Shown one piece after another: positions 44,042 through 45,891 of a DNA stretch of 45,891 nt; the stretch's first letter is position 1, and the number at the start of each line of letters is the position of its first letter. The position numbers and the translations under genes were made by a program. Origin of the DNA: an uncultured Candidatus Saccharibacteria bacterium (GTDB taxonomy: Bacteria; Patescibacteriota; Minisyncoccia; Phycocordibacterales; JABMNX01); assembly GCA_964625905.1 (NCBI GenBank), contig CAZVBS010000001.1, positions 1-45,891 on the forward strand, given 5' to 3'. The notes beneath the pieces were generated by a model that saw nothing but the letters and a program-made list of their open reading frames with translations, ran no database searches and was not told where the DNA came from.

Positions 44042-44755
44042 ATGAAATATTTTAACGTAACACAGGCGGAAATTGAAAAGAAACTCTTCAATATCTTTAT
44101 TGGTATTAGTCTGGGGAATAAATTGTTAACACCTGAATTAGTAAAGAAATATGTTAAATGGGCTCATAAAAATACTAAAGATAACGCAATTATCCTTATT
44201 GCAAATGACATAGATACTGTTAATTGGGAGATCTTTAATGGGTTAAGTCACGAAGAAGCTTTAAAGAAAGTTGAACAGAAAGGATACGGGATTTCAGGCA
44301 TGTTTGATAAAGCTGTTCGTACACTAGCAAAAGAAGAAAGTGACCCAAGTTATATATCAGATGTGCATATTGTATTTTGGAATGATATCAAAAATGAAGG
44401 GTACGATCATTTAAGAGAAATACTTGATGAAGAATATAAAACAAATAATAAATTTAGAGAAAAGGTGTTGTGTTTTGTAGATAAATACATCGAGTTCAGA
44501 GATGTTGATGTCTCTGAAGAAGATAAAGATAAGCTCGCTGGTTATATTATAAGCGAATTACCAACTCTCTTAGGTGGAGTTTTATGGAATAACACTTTAT
44601 ATAATCTTATTCTTTATCCAACATATGTAGATAGTGGAATGAGTCAATTCGTTTTAGATATACGAGGAGGTAAATATTTCGATTCTTCAAAACTTCTCTT
44701 GAGACAGCTCAATACTCTTGTGGAAGATTATCTGGAAAAGCCCAAGTTATCCTGA
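44042..44755 (+). CDS. Putative tRNA-dependent cyclodipeptide synthase (CDPS, XYP-type)
   Basis: 237 aa. FIGIS23LGN26 (compare AlbC LIGIS37AGN40), Y168IISE172LP (compare Y178VLAE182AP) and LY192P193 (Y202/P203) occur in the right order and spacing. Confidence 0.65.
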   Translation: MKYFNVTQAEIEKKLFNIFIGISLGNKLLTPELVKKYVKWAHKNTKDNAIILIANDIDTVNWEIFNGLSHEEALKKVEQKGYGISGMFDKAVRTLAKEESDPSYISDVHIVFWNDIKNEGYDHLREILDEEYKTNNKFREKVLCFVDKYIEFRDVDVSEEDKDKLAGYIISELPTLLGGVLWNNTLYNLILYPTYVDSGMSQFVLDIRGGKYFDSSKLLLRQLNTLVEDYLEKPKLS

Positions 44756-44790
44756 AAAATAAGTCTATATAGACTAGTAAACAACCATTT

Positions 44791-44838
44791 CAAGCCATTT
44801 TAAATGCCCCAGGTGGTTGGGGCATTTAAAATGGCTTG
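44791..44838 (+). terminator. Long hairpin terminator after the CDPS gene
   Basis: 21-bp perfect stem CAAGCCATTTTAAATGCCCCA/TGGGGCATTTAAAATGGCTTG followed by TTTTG. Confidence 0.75.
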
Positions 44839-44885
44839 TTTTGTGGCAAAAGTTGCTTAAAACCCTTTTAGAACAAGAGTTTTAT

Positions 44886-44941
44886 TTGACTTTAGGCGCT
44901 TCAACTGATAATATGTGCCAAGCGTTTCAAAGCGCTTTTTT
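44886..44941 (+). promoter_or_regulatory. Promoter of the rpsN-rpsH-rplF unit plus 5'-proximal hairpin and U-tract
   Basis: TTGACT-17-TAATAT, then AAGCG-TTTCAAAG-CGCTT plus T4 (44920-44941). Confidence 0.5.
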
Positions 44942-44960
44942 AATTAGCTATATATAATTC

Positions 44961-45146
44961 ATGGCAAAGAAATCAGTAATAGCTCGGTCACAAAAGACCC
45001 CAAAGTTTAAGTCACGTGTTGTGCGACGATGTTTTCGTTGTGGACGCGTTCGTGGCTATATGAGGGACTTTGATCTTTGTCGAATATGTTTTAGAGAACA
45101 AGCAAACGACGGAAATTTACCAGGAATCAAAAAAGCATCATGGTAA
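44961..45146 (+). CDS. rpsN: 30S ribosomal protein S14, zinc-binding type Z
   Basis: 61 aa with CFRCGR...CRICFRE. Confidence 0.96.
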   Translation: MAKKSVIARSQKTPKFKSRVVRRCFRCGRVRGYMRDFDLCRICFREQANDGNLPGIKKASW

Positions 45147-45535
45147 CAGATACAATAGGAGATTTAATAATAAGACTTAAAAATGCATCCGCAGTCAAAA
45201 AGGATGTAGTTAGTGCACCTTACTCAAAATTACGATTTGCAGTTGCACAATCACTTCAGAAGATTGGATATATTAAATCAGTAAACAAGAAAGGTAAAAA
45301 AGTTCAAAAGACTATTGAGATTGAATTATCTTACGATAAAGATAACAAATCAGTTATTACTGATGTTAAGCGTGTGTCTACTCCCGGACGACGAATTTAC
45401 TATAGTTCAAAAGATATTCAGCCAGTAAAATATGGAAAAGGTTCATTAATTCTTTCAACACCAAAAGGTATTTTGACAGACAAGGAAGCTAAAAAAGAAA
45501 ACGTTGGAGGAGAGGTATTATTTAAAATTTGGTAA
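45140..45535 (+). CDS. rpsH: 30S ribosomal protein S8
   Basis: [29 protein letters not shown]. Overlaps rpsN by 7 nt. Confidence 0.96.
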   Translation: MVTDTIGDLIIRLKNASAVKKDVVSAPYSKLRFAVAQSLQKIGYIKSVNKKGKKVQKTIEIELSYDKDNKSVITDVKRVSTPGRRIYYSSKDIQPVKYGKGSLILSTPKGILTDKEAKKENVGGEVLFKIW

Positions 45536-45541
45536 ACATAT

Positions 45542-45891
45542 ATGTCACGTATAGGTAAACAAAAAATTAGCGTTCCAAAAAAAACAGAAGTGACTGTTTC
45601 TGATAATTCTGTTTCTGTAAAAGGTCCTCTTGGAGAACTTACAAAAGATCTTCACGAGGCTATTTCAATAAATGTTGAAAACAATGAAGTGGTAGTTTCT
45701 CCTATTGGTAATACTATTCAAGCAAGATCTTTGTGGGGAACATATGCTTCTCATATAAAGAATATGGTAGAGGGTGTAAATAAAGCATTTGAAAAAAAGT
45801 TAATAGTAGAAGGTATTGGGTATCGAGTAAATCTTTCAGGTAAGAATCTTGAACTCATTGTAGGTTTTTCTCACCCAGTAGTACTTACTGT
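45542..45891 (+). CDS. rplF: 50S ribosomal protein L6 (3'-truncated by window end)
   Basis: MSRIGKQKISVPKKTEVTV..VKGPLGEL..GIGYRV. The frame is open to the last base. Confidence 0.93.
   Translation, partial: MSRIGKQKISVPKKTEVTVSDNSVSVKGPLGELTKDLHEAISINVENNEVVVSPIGNTIQARSLWGTYASHIKNMVEGVNKAFEKKLIVEGIGYRVNLSGKNLELIVGFSHPVVLT

Noticed and set aside
1-45891. Search for transposases, integrases, phage genes, toxin-antitoxin pairs, restriction-modification or other known defence genes, and rRNA.
   Set aside because: No ORF showed the corresponding motifs: no DDE, tyrosine-recombinase or serine-recombinase signatures, and no methyltransferase motifs. The only RNA gene recognised is tRNA-Gly.

Overview
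Gene-dense, low-GC bacterial window using the standard genetic code (TAA, TAG and TGA all terminate recognisable genes). The gene content and reduced-genome style fit a CPR/Patescibacteria-like organism, but that assignment is inference only. Left to right: a 5'-truncated beta-helix/LamG surface protein; tRNA-Gly(UCC) followed by a coding-free insert bracketed by a 15-nt duplicate of the tRNA 3' end; a minus-strand housekeeping block (hup, rny, clpP, tig, nusA) plus ppa. Next come a type IV pilus module (pilB, pilC, three prepilin-like genes, a 604-aa PilX-like protein), tpiA-pgk, a HIT protein, recJ, a TrpR/YerC-like regulator, rnhA, and a ComEC that is split into two genes flanking a superoxide dismutase gene, then rpmB and an M50 protease. 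The window ends with the str-S10-spc ribosomal superoperon from rpsL to a partial rplF. No CRISPR array, transposase, integrase or rRNA was seen. Main oddities: (1) the ribosomal superoperon is interrupted four times by unrelated ORFs, one carrying all the diagnostic motifs of a tRNA-dependent cyclodipeptide synthase; (2) several intergenic structured-repeat families whose stems covary (E1-E6, U1-U3); (3) consensus promoters followed at once by a short hairpin and a U-tract; (4) one acidic peptide module inserted in-frame in both trigger factor and NusA; (5) a small secreted-type gene split by a single in-frame TAA; (6) palindromic operators flanking the TrpR-like gene. Every functional call rests on motif reading by eye; no searches were run.
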